A stretch of 64,000 nucleotides of DNA. It comes from Hydrolagus affinis (taxonomy: Eukaryota). Both the position numbers and the translations under genes were made by a program. How positions within the stretch are numbered: the first letter of the stretch is position 1; each line of letters begins with the position of its first letter. The DNA lies in contig JAAILG010000139.1 in NCBI GenBank assembly GCA_012026655.1, positions 62,001 through 126,000 on the forward strand. The letters are read 5' to 3'. Of the stretch, positions 63,584 to 64,000 are shown one piece after another. The notes under the pieces are model-generated. The model searched no databases and had not been told where the DNA came from. It saw only the letters and a program-made list of their open reading frames with translations.

Positions 63584-63843
63584 CAGGTAGACCTTGCTTA
63601 ATGTTGCTTCGGTCAACCTCTTTTTGTCATTACGTCGCTGATACATAGGGGAGCGTATATTCATTTAACGTCATGACGCTCGATATTACATCGTTCGCAT
63701 GGTTGGAGACTAACTACTTTGGGTAGCGTAGGCGTGCATAGACACTGAACATCCGGTATTCTTGCGCGGGTTCGCTTAATGTCGTTTCACTTAAAGTCGC
63801 ACTTTTTGCGAACACAACTGCGACATTAAGCGAGGACTAAGTG
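63584..63843. mobile_element. Non-autonomous Tc1/mariner-pogo (Tigger-like) MITE, 260 bp
   Basis: 24-bp imperfect TIRs CAGGTAGACCTTGCTTAATGTTGC / GCGACATTAAGCGAGGACTAAGTG (19 of 24 match); TA on the left flank, TT on the right; subterminal GTCGTTTCACTTAAAGTCGCA. Confidence 0.8.
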
Positions 63844-64000
63844 TTCTGCAGCACTCTGCAGTTTCTTTGGATTGATCAGCATTATTCACGTTAAACCTCT
63901 CAGTCTGGCTTATGAAAGAAATCGTACAACACAACTTAAACCTAAGTTTGATGCCTTTCATGTCAGGATCACACATCCCAGAGTACTTGTGAATTCTGTC

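Overview
Vertebrate non-coding DNA, AT-rich, with two 100-N scaffold gaps. I can support no recognisable host protein-coding gene, rRNA, intact tRNA gene, miRNA or CRISPR array. The repeats point to a cartilaginous fish, most likely a chimaera such as Callorhinchus milii (inferred from remembered consensus sequences, not a database search). They comprise roughly 40 copies or fragments of one tRNA-headed SINE ending in AAATGCAAGG(ATT)n, older DeuSINE-like copies, CR1 and L2 LINE 3' fragments, one hAT MITE with a perfect 8-bp TSD, one Tigger-like MITE and a probable UCON3-like relic. Between them are repeat-free, TAAT-rich blocks resembling conserved non-coding elements, three CpG-retaining patches and isolated strong splice signals. 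This fits a gene desert or a very long intron. Most listed ORFs are chance or repeat-derived; only those in CR1 fragments encode recognisable (retrotransposon ORF2) peptide. I found no convincing new biological system. The best leads are a possible recursive splice site and minus-strand non-coding exon chain, the modular SINE architecture, a multi-step template-switch mutation, and the CpG-rich Tigger-like MITE. Coordinates of degraded repeats are approximate.
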